Shown in pieces: positions 43,653-55,400 of a DNA stretch of 64,000 nucleotides. The stretch covers positions 1 to 64,000 of the forward strand of contig OW569391.1 in the NCBI GenBank assembly GCA_937625935.1. Reading direction: 5' to 3'. The translations under genes and the position numbers were made by a program. The notes under the pieces are model-generated. The model was not told where the DNA came from and made no database searches. It saw only the letters and a list, made by a program, of their open reading frames with translations. The first letter of the stretch is position 1. Each line of letters opens with the position of its first letter. The stretch comes from Tetramitus jugosus. Lineage: Eukaryota > Protista > Heterolobosea.

Positions 43653-44867
43653 ATGATCACAACGTTAACGAGAAGAAGCACGCATCACTTGTACAACCAC
43701 CATCCACGCACAACTACTGTGCATCGTCACTGCAAGAACCACACATTCTCATCTTCTTCATCACCACCAACATCATCCTCATCCATACTCCACAGTAGCA
43801 ACAGTAGTAGTAGTTTTTTCTCTCCAAATACCTCTGTTCGCTGTTCTCACACAACTGCCCATCACCACAACCATCATCATCACAATCATGACTCTCATGT
43901 TTTTGTAAAGAAATCTACACCTCATCATAATCACAGTCATCTGGATCATCATCACAAGGATGATGCTTTTTTGGATGTGGATGAAGATGGTAGATTTACT
44001 CCGTGTTGGAACTGTGAAAGACCGCACGATTGCGCCAATATGTTTTGTAAGGTTTGCAAAAAAATACAACCGCCAAAAATTGTGACCGCCAATTTTTGTG
44101 GCGGCAAGGCACCCACCCCAAGCATCCCTGTTTGTGCTGCTGGCCCAATCAAAAATGCTTCGCATAGCTCTAGCCACTGCGCCACAAGTCAACGTGCTCA
44201 TCGACAGATTGGTGAGTGTATCATGACTCACTTCCAACTGTTTCACATGCCACAGAGCTACTCTATTGATGAACTAAAGCTTGATCAAACATTCAAAAAA
44301 CTCCAAATGTTGCTCCATCCTGATCGCTTTGCTTGCAAGAGTGAAACGGAAAAGAAGATTTCTGCTGTTCAGAGCTCTCTCGTCACCAATGCCTATCAAG
44401 TGCTCAAGAATCCAAAGCTAAGAGCAGAGTACCTGTTAGCTCTCGAAGGTCAAAAAGTAGATGTCAGTGATGTGGATCAAGAATTCTTGATGGATACCAT
44501 GGAACTGATGGAGACGTTGAACGAAGAAGAGTTGACTCAGGATGAACTGAGGTCGTTCATGTCTCAGAACGAACAAGAAAGAGAAGGCGTTGGTCAAGAG
44601 TTCAATGAAGCTTTTGCCGCGAGAGACTGGTTGGCCGCCAAGCACGCTGCCGCCAAATTAAATTACTTGGTGCGCTCACGCGACACAATTTATGAAATGT
44701 TGGAAGTGGAGCATGGTATCGAGGCACAAGAAGAAGAGGGTCAAATCGAACAAGAAGCACAGAGAGAAGAGGAGGGAAGTCAAAGAGTAGAACCACCTGA
44801 TTGCACGACATGTGTGAATCAAGAAGAGTGTGTTCAAGCTCTAGAAAATAAAAAGACTCATTATTAG
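43653..44867 (+). CDS. HSCB: Fe-S cluster co-chaperone HscB/Jac1
   Basis: Presequence-like N-terminus, CWNC..FCKVC..IQP zinc module, J domain with HPD, AYQVLKNP..RAEYLL and FLMD.ME..E. Confidence 0.93.
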   Translation: MITTLTRRSTHHLYNHHPRTTTVHRHCKNHTFSSSSSPPTSSSSILHSSNSSSSFFSPNTSVRCSHTTAHHHNHHHHNHDSHVFVKKSTPHHNHSHLDHHHKDDAFLDVDEDGRFTPCWNCERPHDCANMFCKVCKKIQPPKIVTANFCGGKAPTPSIPVCAAGPIKNASHSSSHCATSQRAHRQIGECIMTHFQLFHMPQSYSIDELKLDQTFKKLQMLLHPDRFACKSETEKKISAVQSSLVTNAYQVLKNPKLRAEYLLALEGQKVDVSDVDQEFLMDTMELMETLNEEELTQDELRSFMSQNEQEREGVGQEFNEAFAARDWLAAKHAAAKLNYLVRSRDTIYEMLEVEHGIEAQEEEGQIEQEAQREEEGSQRVEPPDCTTCVNQEECVQALENKKTHY

Positions 44868-44991
44868 AGTAAAGGACTCACTAGAAGTTAGATTAGATTG
44901 TTGTTTAATATTGAGAGCTAACTATCGTTAGAGAGAATATTCAATTGAGAATTATGTATGTAATGGTGGTTTCTAGATGGACAGATAGATT

Positions 44992-45321
44992 CTAGTTCGA
45001 AGTTTGTCTCGGAGAGCTCTTTGTAATCTCCAGCAGTGGAGGCGAGCATGATGGGTCTGTTGATTCTCGATTCAGTTCATTATCTTGTGTCTGAGGACGT
45101 TGAGGAGCAATTCTCTTTGGTGCTAGTTGAACAGTGTACATTCCTTCCATGTGGACTGGAGTTTGAGGACTAGGAGAGACGTCGTCTGCACGGTGAACTC
45201 TGTGTCCAGTGACCAGTCTTGGGATAAAGGAAGGATTACTTCTGAAGGTGTTGATAGGTGAGTCCATTCTCTGTAGATATGTTTCGACTGTTTGTTGGTT
45301 TTTGGGTGTTGAGAGAAACAT
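44992..45321 (-). CDS. Small hypothetical Pro/Ser-rich protein
   Basis: ATG ORF of about 109 aa filling an intergenic gap. No motif. Confidence 0.35.
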   Translation of the reverse strand: MFLSTPKNQQTVETYLQRMDSPINTFRSNPSFIPRLVTGHRVHRADDVSPSPQTPVHMEGMYTVQLAPKRIAPQRPQTQDNELNRESTDPSCSPPLLEITKSSPRQTSN

Positions 45322-45476
45322 CAATCGTCATGAGTTTGTTGAACTTTTATCTCAAAGATATCATCTTGTTCAGATTGTAAAAATACTAATGCCAAGTGTC
45401 ACGGCCGAAGTGCTTGTGCCATCTACTAAAAACAATTTTTGTTGTGAAAACTGTCCATCCAATATAAATAGTTGTT

Positions 45477-46601
45477 TTATTGTTCGAGCTCAACAGTTGC
45501 CTTGTCGTCTTGTTCGGCCTCTGCTTCCTCTGTTTCTTCTGACTCTTCATCACCTTCCTGATTGTTCTCTTCATTGTCGTCTTCCTTCTCTTCATTGTCA
45601 CCAGAAGCTCTCTTTCTCTGAGGAACAACCTTTTCTACAGCTTCCTTCCAGCTTCCCGTCTCATACACATGAGCCATAATTTCAAAGCATTGATTCACTG
45701 TGAGCACAGGTACTTGCTTCATATTCAAGTATTGACCAATAGGGAATCTCTTCTGTGGAATACCTAGTTCCTTTGCCTTCTCATGACACAGATTCTTGTG
45801 CCTGTTTCGATCAACGAGACCACCGAGCACATACATGCAACCTGGCTCCAAGCTCGTCACTTCTTCCTCTGCATCTGCACTCAAGTACACAATTTTCTGA
45901 TTGGCCAATTCTTCAGAGAACCGTTCTGTAAAGTGCTCTGGAGTGTGATCCACAATCCACTTTGGAAAACCACCAAATTTCTTCATGGCTTCAAGAAGGG
46001 CGCCCTTTAAGCTCGTAAAGCTCAGAAACATGGGTTGATCACTCTTCTCCATCTTACCATTGGCAGAGTAGCAAAACATGAGCTGTTGACTCATGCTTAC
46101 AATCTCCCTTGGTGTCATCTTATCATTGAACGAGCAATCAACAATAACAGACACAGCGTGAGAGGTGCCCTTTTGGTACACCTCTCTCATACGATTCTGT
46201 TTATTAGCCTTGTATTCCTTGCGATTGCATGTGAGCTGTCTGCTTTGGTTCATCTTTTCCACCTCCAATAGCTTTAGCTCTTCTTCAGTCATGGACTTCT
46301 TTCTCTGTTCCAAGTCTTGAGCAACTTCTTGTCTCTTTCTCTTTCTTTGTTCCTTTTGAGAGAGCTTCTTTTGCTTGAAGGATTCTCTGCGCTTCTCTCT
46401 ATTCTTTTGCTTCTTGAGTTGACGCTTGGAAACAGCGACTTCACCAGTGGCAGCAACGATTGCCTCCATGGACATGTGACTCATGTCCAATTGTGGTTGT
46501 GGTGGTGGAGTGACATCACTACTGTTGCCATTTGATGCTGCTTGTTCGAAATTCACAGGTGTGATGGTCGTTAGCTCTTGTGCTTGATTTTCTGGTTGCA
46601 T
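45477..46601 (-). CDS. TRMT10: tRNA m1G9 methyltransferase
   Basis: IVDCSFNDKM, QL..CYSAN, VYLSADA, YVLGGLVDRNRHK and VLTVNQ motifs. Confidence 0.96.
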   Translation of the reverse strand: MQPENQAQELTTITPVNFEQAASNGNSSDVTPPPQPQLDMSHMSMEAIVAATGEVAVSKRQLKKQKNREKRRESFKQKKLSQKEQRKRKRQEVAQDLEQRKKSMTEEELKLLEVEKMNQSRQLTCNRKEYKANKQNRMREVYQKGTSHAVSVIVDCSFNDKMTPREIVSMSQQLMFCYSANGKMEKSDQPMFLSFTSLKGALLEAMKKFGGFPKWIVDHTPEHFTERFSEELANQKIVYLSADAEEEVTSLEPGCMYVLGGLVDRNRHKNLCHEKAKELGIPQKRFPIGQYLNMKQVPVLTVNQCFEIMAHVYETGSWKEAVEKVVPQRKRASGDNEEKEDDNEENNQEGDEESEETEEAEAEQDDKATVELEQ

Positions 46602-46747
46602 TTTTCAATGGTGTGTTGACGGCGTTTTCTGGAATGAAGGCCAGATGAATCAGCGCGAAAAAGAGTTTACAGAGTCGGAGAATATTTGGACGGTGTGCAA
46701 GTGAAATCTTGAAGGTGTTTGTTTGCATCACTCAAGAGATTGATTTA

Positions 46748-48730
46748 CTATGATTGTTGATCTTTTGGGAGTGATGGTCGAGCAAAAAATGGATGACGTA
46801 TATAGGTTCTCTTGAACGTTCGTCTTGTTGCTGTTGTCGTTGCCTGTTCACCGAGCAAGTCTTTTGTTTCGTCGAGTATCGATTTGTATCTTGCGTCCTT
46901 GTTCACTTTCAGTATCCGCAGCAATTGTGTGATTGTCTGTGTAGATTGGTGAGAGTTTCGATGCTTCAGAATATCATCGATTAAGCTCTCTCTGAATTCA
47001 GTGTCGTACTTTAAGTAATGTGACTCCAGGTTGGGAGAGTGCAACTGGTGATCTGTCGAGTACTTCCGTATCATCTTAATTTCATGTGGTTCATCCTTGA
47101 ACAGTTGAATCATTGTTAATATGGTTTCAACTGTAGGCTGAACATGAGAACCATCCTTGATGAGATTCTTGAATATCTGCATAGCAATCCTCCGATCACC
47201 ACTCGTTCTCTTAAACGATGCCAATAGATCATTGTACCATTCGATACTTGGGTAAACATTCTGCTCATTCATTTCCTCCAATAATTTAACAAGCGATTCA
47301 TCTCTCGATCCATAGTCTCTCAGGATTGTAAATGACGTGATATCTGGATGGATGCCCCCATAGGAGGAAGGCATGACTTGAACCAACCGATGCGCTTCAC
47401 TCCACTTTCCCGTCTTACACAACAATTTTATCATTGGATTCAAGCATCGAATCGTAACCAACACATGCGAATGCTTTGCCAGTTGATCAAATATTTGCTC
47501 TGCATATTCATTGCAGTCCATATTGACACACAAATCCAACGCGGTTTGAAAATAGAGTTCGTCTGCACCTGGAGGACACTTCTTGTGCAACTCTGCCAAC
47601 AACTCCAGAATATAATGGTTATAGATCATTGCATGTTGCATACTAGAAAGAATCGTTGAATAGAGAGATGCAGGAATATCCAAATTGCAGTCATGAATCG
47701 CTTCTCGTATCGTCTTCATTGCGCTATTGAACTGCCCCACTGAAATGTATGACTTGATAATGTTCGCCGTCTCTTCCTCATTAAACAGAATACCATTTGT
47801 CTGTACATCGTTCATCATGAGTTCACTCAACTGATGCGCTCGTCCCTTGATTGCAATCGTAATTAAATGCGCGTATTCACTGCTCGAAAATTGAAAAATT
47901 GACCATTTTCGAGCAAAAAGATACATTTGATTGACCGATTTGTGCATTTCAATGTTCAATTGCTGGCACATGGCATCAAACAACACTCGTTTCACATTGT
48001 TCAACGACTTTTCATTCTCATTCGATATATTTTGCTTCACACACCGCTCCAAATGACCCAACACTCGTTCTATAAAATCCGAATAACCATCAACCTTTAC
48101 ACTCATCAACAAACTCTTTAACAATTCTTCACAATTGCCCTGAAACAGTTGATTCTCATTTGCAAAATCATAAATTTGCACCAGTTTCGAATGAGACGAC
48201 GACAATGACGAAGAGGGTGTCTTTGGTTGAAAATTCAAAACAGTCAACACATTTTGAAAATATTCTCTGCTCTTATGTCGATCACTCATCACATCTTCAC
48301 TCGTGTTACTTGCAAGGTCGTCATCATCATTCTCAACACTACTGTTTCTGAGTGAAAGCAGTTGATTGAGTGAATAGAGACATGAGGAAACATCTCCAAT
48401 GAGTGCACTTGTCTCTGCATTCATTTTCAATCGTTTGACAAGCTTTGATTTTTCTTGTTTTTTCGACTCGGCAGTCACAGTTGAAGAAGTCAAAGGATTC
48501 TTTGAAGCAGTGCTCGTGCTCGGTGTTCCAAAAATGCTAGTCATGCGAGCATCGTTTGACTGATGTTGCACGTTTCGCGCCACATGAAAATTTTTGGCGC
48601 CAAAAATGAATTGAGGAGATGATTGCCGGTTCAAATAAAAACTCTTGTGAGAGAAGAGTGAGGATGATTGTTCACATGGAAATAATGTTAGTTGAGAACT
48701 GTGAATGACCACTCTTTTCATTCGTTTCAT
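46748..48730 (-). CDS. Pentatricopeptide-repeat-like protein, probably mitochondrial
   Basis: PPR-like units (LNPMIKLLCKTGKWSEAHRLVQVM...IHPDITSF; NVYPSIEWYNDLL) and a presequence-like start. Confidence 0.82.
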   Translation of the reverse strand: MKRMKRVVIHSSQLTLFPCEQSSSLFSHKSFYLNRQSSPQFIFGAKNFHVARNVQHQSNDARMTSIFGTPSTSTASKNPLTSSTVTAESKKQEKSKLVKRLKMNAETSALIGDVSSCLYSLNQLLSLRNSSVENDDDDLASNTSEDVMSDRHKSREYFQNVLTVLNFQPKTPSSSLSSSHSKLVQIYDFANENQLFQGNCEELLKSLLMSVKVDGYSDFIERVLGHLERCVKQNISNENEKSLNNVKRVLFDAMCQQLNIEMHKSVNQMYLFARKWSIFQFSSSEYAHLITIAIKGRAHQLSELMMNDVQTNGILFNEEETANIIKSYISVGQFNSAMKTIREAIHDCNLDIPASLYSTILSSMQHAMIYNHYILELLAELHKKCPPGADELYFQTALDLCVNMDCNEYAEQIFDQLAKHSHVLVTIRCLNPMIKLLCKTGKWSEAHRLVQVMPSSYGGIHPDITSFTILRDYGSRDESLVKLLEEMNEQNVYPSIEWYNDLLASFKRTSGDRRIAMQIFKNLIKDGSHVQPTVETILTMIQLFKDEPHEIKMIRKYSTDHQLHSPNLESHYLKYDTEFRESLIDDILKHRNSHQSTQTITQLLRILKVNKDARYKSILDETKDLLGEQATTTATRRTFKRTYIRHPFFARPSLPKDQQS

Positions 48731-48833
48731 TTTGTTTTGTTTTTTCCGATTTGGCGGATAAATTGAGTTTATTGGAGGTGGCAATTCGTGTGAAATTTCA
48801 CACAGGCCGATTGCCAAGTTAAGTTTTATTGTT

Positions 48834-50189
48834 CTAGATGAGTGGATGGATGATGGCTGACTCTGGTTTGTTAGAGCTAAGATCATTGGCTTGTGGACGA
48901 GTGAGAATGTTAGATTTCAAGTACTGAAGTGCTTCGTCCTGTAGATAAGCCAGGAACAACGAATCCAATTCTCGCTTGATCACTTCATTGTCGAGACAGG
49001 CTTGAGCTGTAACGAGATTCAAGTCATCCTCTGCCACACCAGACAATCTCAACCGTAACTTTTCAGCCCGTGCAAATTCCTTCAACTTCTTTGACTTGCA
49101 GTTTGGATCCGTCAACAGTGCATCCACAAACAATAAACTGTTATCTACGTTGGACACAATATTCATGGCATGATGTCGAACAAAACTATAAAATGCCATG
49201 AGCAACGAATCTGTCACATCAAAATTCCTAGGCGATAACAGAATTGCTCCCTTGCGCTTATAGTATTGAATGGCGTAGGACTTTGGCAGCGCGTAATGAA
49301 CCGCGTCAAACACTTTTTGCTTAATATCACTCTTGCTGCTGCTCGAATAGGTACGCGGTGCCAAAATCTTATCATCCAAAAACTCTTCTTCTTCCTCTGC
49401 TTGGTCCAACAAAGTATTCAAAGTCGGTTGAATATGACGAGCAGCATTGATCGAACTTGCTGAATTCTTTGAAATTTGAAACAGGGAACGTGCACTCGTT
49501 GCATTTGCTCTTATAATCTGAACATTCTTCAACACGTTTTGAGCCTCATAGCAACACAACATATTACACTGACTTAGCTTAAACAAGGAATGAGCCGACG
49601 ATTTTGCTATACTGAACTTGATTGCATAATCTTCGACACCAATTACAAACTTTGGCGACTGATTCAGAGTCAATGGCACTGTATCCTTCACGATTGACTC
49701 CGACCCTAATGCACTTGCAGCATCCGTCGTCGTCGTCGTAGAGTTCACCTTTTTCTTCTTATTTTTCGAGGTTGAGCTGGTCTTTGTTTTGCGCTCAGAC
49801 TTTGTTTCTTCCTCTTTGCGGTTATCATCGCCTGAATCTCTCTCAAACAAAAACTTGCATCTCTCCTGATCCCACTCCCTCATCAAGTCCTTGAAGAAAA
49901 AGTGCATGTGTTGACCGTATTGATAGAGATCGTGACTCACATGTTGAGTTTCGATCGTTCCACACTGCAAGGGCCTCCCTATCGAATTCATGATTGTATA
50001 TCCAGTACATTTCGATGAAATATCGAGTCCAATATGATAAACCGATGGCGTTGCAGAAGCAGTAGGAGAAACTGAGGATATTTCTCCGCTGAACGAGGGA
50101 AGACGATGGGATAGGAGTTGACCAAGGTGAGATTGAAAAGTGGAATGACTGAAACGTCGAGCTGCTGAAACTGCATCCCTGGACAACAT
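48834..50189 (-). CDS. RuvC-like Holliday junction resolvase with a putative mitochondrial presequence
   Basis: IGLDISSKCTGY (Asp), VIGVED (Glu), NATSAR, K..V and FDVTDSLLMA (DxxD). N-terminus MLSRDAVSAARRFSHS. Confidence 0.75.
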   Translation of the reverse strand: MLSRDAVSAARRFSHSTFQSHLGQLLSHRLPSFSGEISSVSPTASATPSVYHIGLDISSKCTGYTIMNSIGRPLQCGTIETQHVSHDLYQYGQHMHFFFKDLMREWDQERCKFLFERDSGDDNRKEEETKSERKTKTSSTSKNKKKKVNSTTTTTDAASALGSESIVKDTVPLTLNQSPKFVIGVEDYAIKFSIAKSSAHSLFKLSQCNMLCCYEAQNVLKNVQIIRANATSARSLFQISKNSASSINAARHIQPTLNTLLDQAEEEEEFLDDKILAPRTYSSSSKSDIKQKVFDAVHYALPKSYAIQYYKRKGAILLSPRNFDVTDSLLMAFYSFVRHHAMNIVSNVDNSLLFVDALLTDPNCKSKKLKEFARAEKLRLRLSGVAEDDLNLVTAQACLDNEVIKRELDSLFLAYLQDEALQYLKSNILTRPQANDLSSNKPESAIIHPLI

Positions 50190-50297
50190 GATGTTCTTTT
50201 TCAACCAAAATTTTTGGGAGTTTTTTCACAACAGCGGAGAAAATTTTCTTTGTTTGAAGTTCAGCCTAGCAGCGAAAGTTTGCTTGGGGTTGGTTGT

Positions 50298-51981
50298 TTA
50301 TGTTTGGTTTTGTGAGGGGGTGCATTTTGTGCAGTACCATTCTCCCTCGGGCACATCTGAGAGTCCAGCACATGTTGGATGGCACGAGTTGGGACATGAT
50401 TCACAACAAATGAGCAATCCACCATCGCCACAAATATAGCACAAGTCTTCGTTGACATCGATGACTTCTTGTAGCGGAGGTGTCGGTGTTTCCGTGGTGG
50501 CTGCCTTTGTTTTCCTCTTCTTCTTTGGTTCGACTGTTGTGTCGTCCTTTTTCTTCTTCTTCTTCTTTTTGTCACTTGTTGTATCCGATGATGTTGCATC
50601 ATTCGAAGTAGTAGCTTTACGGCTCTTCTTCGCGGTGGTTGAAGCTTCTTTCGTTTTCTTCTTTTTCGCTGGTGGCTCAGCATCGTCGCTTGTTTCAGTA
50701 GCTTTCCGTTTTGTTGTCTTCTTCTTTTTCGTACTAGCTGCCGCAGAGGCATCAGATGACTCCTCGACAGGTGTCTCTGGAGTTGTTGTCTTCTTCTTTT
50801 TCGATCTAGCAGCAGGCACGGTCAGAAGAGGAACAGTCGGTTGATCAGAATCAGTTGCTCGACCAGATAGAAAAGCTGTAACAATCGACTCTAGAGTAGC
50901 ATTTTCTGTCCGAGAAGAGTCCATCTCCACCGTTCTCGATCTTTTCTTTTTTGGTTTTGGTGTTGTTGATGGAGGTTGTACTTGTAGAGGCACGAGATCA
51001 TCCCCATTGTTGGACGAACTTGTAGCAGCAGCCACAGCACTTGCTCTCTTCTTTTTGGTCGCAGGCGATGCCTCATCGCCCTTTTTCTTTGGACCTCTCT
51101 TCTTTGGCTTATTCAAATCGTTCCACTCTTGTATGAATTGATTGATACGAGCAACTTTTGTCTTCTCGTGATTCTCAATCATCTCTTCCACATAATTTAC
51201 AAAGTTTTGCTGTACGAGCGACAACGGATTCGTCGCTCCCATCGTATTGACACTAAACGACACGGGATCAAAGTGATTAATATCAGATTTGATCGAATCA
51301 TACTCACTCGCCAAATCCTCTAGCTCTTCTCTATCATCAAAAATCTCTGAGCTCATTGTAACAAATTCCGATGGCTCCAATTGCTGTTCCTCCGTCGTTG
51401 CCATATAATTCGACTCCGAGTCCAACAAACTCTGCATCTCATCCAACTTTACCACTGCACAATAGCTGAATGATCCAATCCGTTGCATCTCATTCAATAT
51501 ATAATACGCATCCACAATATTCTCCTCACGTATCTTTTGTCGCAAATTCAACAAAATTTCAAACACACTCGTACTAATCTTAATTTTGATCTTTGGTTGC
51601 AACGGTTGAGTCATGTACAAAAAGTAGAGCATGTACACGGCAGCGATCTGAATATTGGTCGGATAATCCAGCACAAGATAACCCATGGTAATAAAAAACA
51701 GCTCTTGTATAAACAGTTCCTTGTCAATCTCATCGGGGCATCCACTGTGAATCATGGAAAAGTTGAGTCGTTTCCATTCTTCCTTGAAAATCTTGGCTGA
51801 ATAGGTGTGTCTCTGTGTGAATCATAAGAAGTGCGTTATTAGTAAAAATACAGTCGAAATAAAAGGAGTTGTGTGAAAAATGCAGCTGTGTGAAACATAC
51901 ATCATCAAAACGACGGATGAGCATCCTGAGATCCTGTGCATATGGAGACAACAGAGTTGATTGAAGACCTGCTGTCGGCAT
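50298..51981 (-). CDS. SNAPC1/SNAP43-like subunit fused to a C-terminal PHD finger (intron 51813-51900)
   Basis: Spliced N-terminus DLRMLIRRF...IFKEEWKRLNFSMIH, plus AVYMLYFLYMTQP and KIKIS. PHD reads CYICGDGGLLICCESC..SCHPTC..L..VPEGEWYCTKC. Confidence 0.85.
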
Positions 51982-52469
51982 TTTCGTGATCCTCTTCTTT
52001 GATTTTTGACTTCAAATTTTGTGTTCAGTTTTTTCTCACTAAAATTCAATCAATTCATGGAAGAATGATTCTCCGTGGTCGGCAAAAGTGAATGATGAGG
52101 TTCAACTTTATTTCTTGGTACCGCTTGTGAAGTTTCAAGTTTCTAAGTAATTGGCAAGCTGTAAAGTTGGTCAGGCAACGAAAAACATGTTCAACACTCA
52201 GAACAACTTGAAACGATTCCCAAGCCCGTTTCAGGTAGGAGTATTCCAACCCATTGTCACATTTCAAAAATCAAGGTGTGTTGATGTGTGACGGACAGCG
52301 CAGAAAAAAATCCACACAAACGGAACACCAAAAAACAAAACAAAACAAAGCAGGAGAGACAAGCAAGAGAGAGATACGATATTCATCAAAAAGCATATCA
52401 TCCAATCGACTCCAATTTCCTCCCACCACCATCAACAACAAACAATAATAACATCTTTTTAACAACAAG

Positions 52470-55400
52470 ATGGCGACATTGGAAGAAAAATTAAAAGAGT
52501 TGGAAGATTATCAATTGCTCTCCAACCAACCAAGTATTGAAGCACTGACTGAATATGTAACTTATGAAACTGGTTCCTTTGGAAATCCATTGAACTTTGA
52601 TGACAGAGATGGATTTAAGACTCGTTTTGCAAGTGAAGCGAAATCAATTGCCGAATTGGTATGTTGGTGTTATTGAACAATTTTTTGTGGCACCAAGTGT
52701 GCTGTTCGATTGGAACATGTTTTTTGTTGTGTGTTGGGTGTTTCGCGCTCTTTTTTTTGTAAGTGCGCTCGCGGCAAAAAAATTACGGAGAATGGACGAA
52801 AGCTAACACCATCTTTTGTTACTTGTGATGATGATGGCGAATTGTAGCATACGATACTAGAGGATGGAGATCACTTCATTCACACATTGTATACTTATAG
52901 AAGTGTTTCTTCTGCACTTCCTCAGATCAAACCAGATGCCCCTAACAAGGCCGCGTTGTACAGAAAGATTTTTGATGTCTTGGACCCTGAAGTCACCAAA
53001 GTGAGACAATTGTTGCGATTTCACAATCAAACTGTTGTAGCTGTTGCAAGAATCTTCACTGAGCTTATCAATGCTGAAAAGCAAAAGGAAATTCCTAGTG
53101 ATACACTGCTCGATGACTTGATTCGTGTCCTGGATATGATTCTCAAGTTGGATGCTCTGAAGAATATGAAGGCTGCCATCAATAACGATTTTGCTTCTGG
53201 ATTGAAGAGGTATGTTGTTTTTATAGACACGCTCTTTTTTTTTTCAGTAGTATGTTCAATAGCTAACAAGCATGATGATAATCATGTAATGCGTTTTTTT
53301 TGATAATAACGATAGAGCTGTGCCTCACATGGACAAAACAGGTGTTGACCCAGAGAAGATTGCCTTCTTGGAGGGCAAAACTGATGAAACACTCATTTTC
53401 CAAAACTTTTTGAGCAAGAACAACAGTATCATTATTGGATTGAGAGATGAGTTGGTCAAGATTTCAGGTTTTGACAACGTTATGGTGTACTTGATCAATC
53501 GTTGTGCTGATAATTTTGAAGCCAATCGTTTCTTGTTCTGTGATCAAAAGCATTGTCTGCTGCGTGTCTGTGTCTTTGGTATGTTCTTGTTGGACAATAA
53601 CAAGACTGCAAAGGAAGCGTACAAAAAGTTGAATATGCCTCGATTCTACAAGATTTTCAAGCGATATCCCTATATTCCACTGTATGGTGATATGACGTTG
53701 GCGTTGAAGACCATTTTGAAGACTTGTAGTTTATTGTCGGACCAAGATTGGACCAACAGTGAACAAGAGGAGAAGAAGCTCGGTTCCAAGAGCTACTTGT
53801 TGGATTATCACTTGGCATCCATTCGTCGTGAATATCAAATATTCAGCACTGAGTTCATGCTCCTGGTCAACAGAATTAAGAATTTGGTCAAGAATGGTAA
53901 GGAAGTGTCAGAGACAATGAGATCTCAGGCCAACAAGTTGAGTGAGAAGGGTATTCGACATGTGGCCAACTGGACATCACTCATCTTGGAACAGAGTGCA
54001 TGGAAGTATTCTCATCCTGCTGATGCTTCATTGGAGAATGAAGTGCAGTACAACTCTGAACAACAACCAGCACAGGCCGATGAGGAGAAGAAAATTACAG
54101 AATATGAGCGTGTTGTGCGTTACAATTACAACGCTGCAGACAGAGCCGCACTGGTCGATACAATTGCCATGATTAAGGGTCTCGAGAGTTTGATGTTGAA
54201 GCACTCTGGTTTGTTTGCTCCACTCATCCGTGCTCAAATTCATTTTGAGTTACAAGAGTTTGTTCAAGTAACCTTGACTGAAATGTTGCTCAGAACAAAG
54301 GAAAAGAAGCGTCCTATTCACAACACCGTTCTCGAAATGAGAGATATTGCTGCTGATTGGCTCAATGGTCCACCTAGTGACATTCAAAAGAGATCAAAGA
54401 AGGAAAGTGCACCAGAGTTCCCAAAGAGAAACACTGCACCATCCGCTACTCAACTTCACATGATTAGAAGTATCTTGAGTACTTTGTATAGTGAGCGATC
54501 CCCTGGTATGCAATCCAAGGGTCTGTTCTCTTCCAAGGACTTTGATTCTTCCCAAGTAGAAAAGATGCAAGAGTTCTATGACTCGAGTCACATGTGGTCC
54601 TACTTGTTGAACTATAATATGACCATTAGAAGAGCTGCCAGTTTGGCTGATTTGTGGTACAGAGAATTCTACTTGGAAATGGCCAAGGAGCATCAGTTCC
54701 CAATTGAGATGTCTCTTCCTTGGATTTTGACCAAGGAAATTTTGGAGAGAGGAAACACTACACTCATGGAGAGTATTCTCTACCCATTGAATTTGTACAA
54801 TGATGCTGCATATAGAGCTCTCTTTGTTTTGCAAAAGCGCTTCCTGTACGATGAGATTGAAGCTGAAACAAATCTAGTGTTCGATCAACTTGTCTACAAG
54901 CTGAGTGAACAGATTTACTCTTACTTCAAGATTGTTGCCTCAAGTATCCTGCTTGATAACCAGTATAGATTGTTGGTTGAGAAGTCCTTTGGTACTACTC
55001 TAACTGCAGTGCCACACAGCAGATACGACGTTTTGCTCAGACAAAGAAATGTGAATATTTTGGGAAGATCCATTGATTTGAACTTCCTGATCTGTCAGAG
55101 AATCAACTTGGTGATCAGAGAAAACTTATCCAAGGCAATTTTGAAGTTTGAGGCTTCATCCCTTCCAGCGGTTATCGAATTGGAAACCATGGTCAATGCC
55201 ATTAAGACAACTCATTCCCTACTGTCAAAGCACTTGGATTTGGATCCATTTGAGAGTATCTACTCTGAAGTCAATGACAGCACATCCATGGTTTCTTTCG
55301 AAGGAAGAATTGGAAGACATATCACTGAGGAATTGTTGATGGATTTCTTTAAGCACTTCAACTACAACACTGTGACTCAAAGATTTGTCAGAAAGGAGTT

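Noticed and set aside
36262-48608. Shared ATGAAAATTTTTGGCGC sequence at ~36262 and ~48583, resembling an E2F site
   Set aside because: Both lie in coding sequence and correspond to similar presequence peptides (RQNFH, AKNFH). Other TTTGGCGC copies are too scattered to call regulatory without an enrichment test.
48834-50189. RuvC protein as a Cas12/TnpB-type RNA-guided nuclease
   Set aside because: No zinc finger, bridge helix or REC/WED region, and the motif layout fits a stand-alone resolvase.
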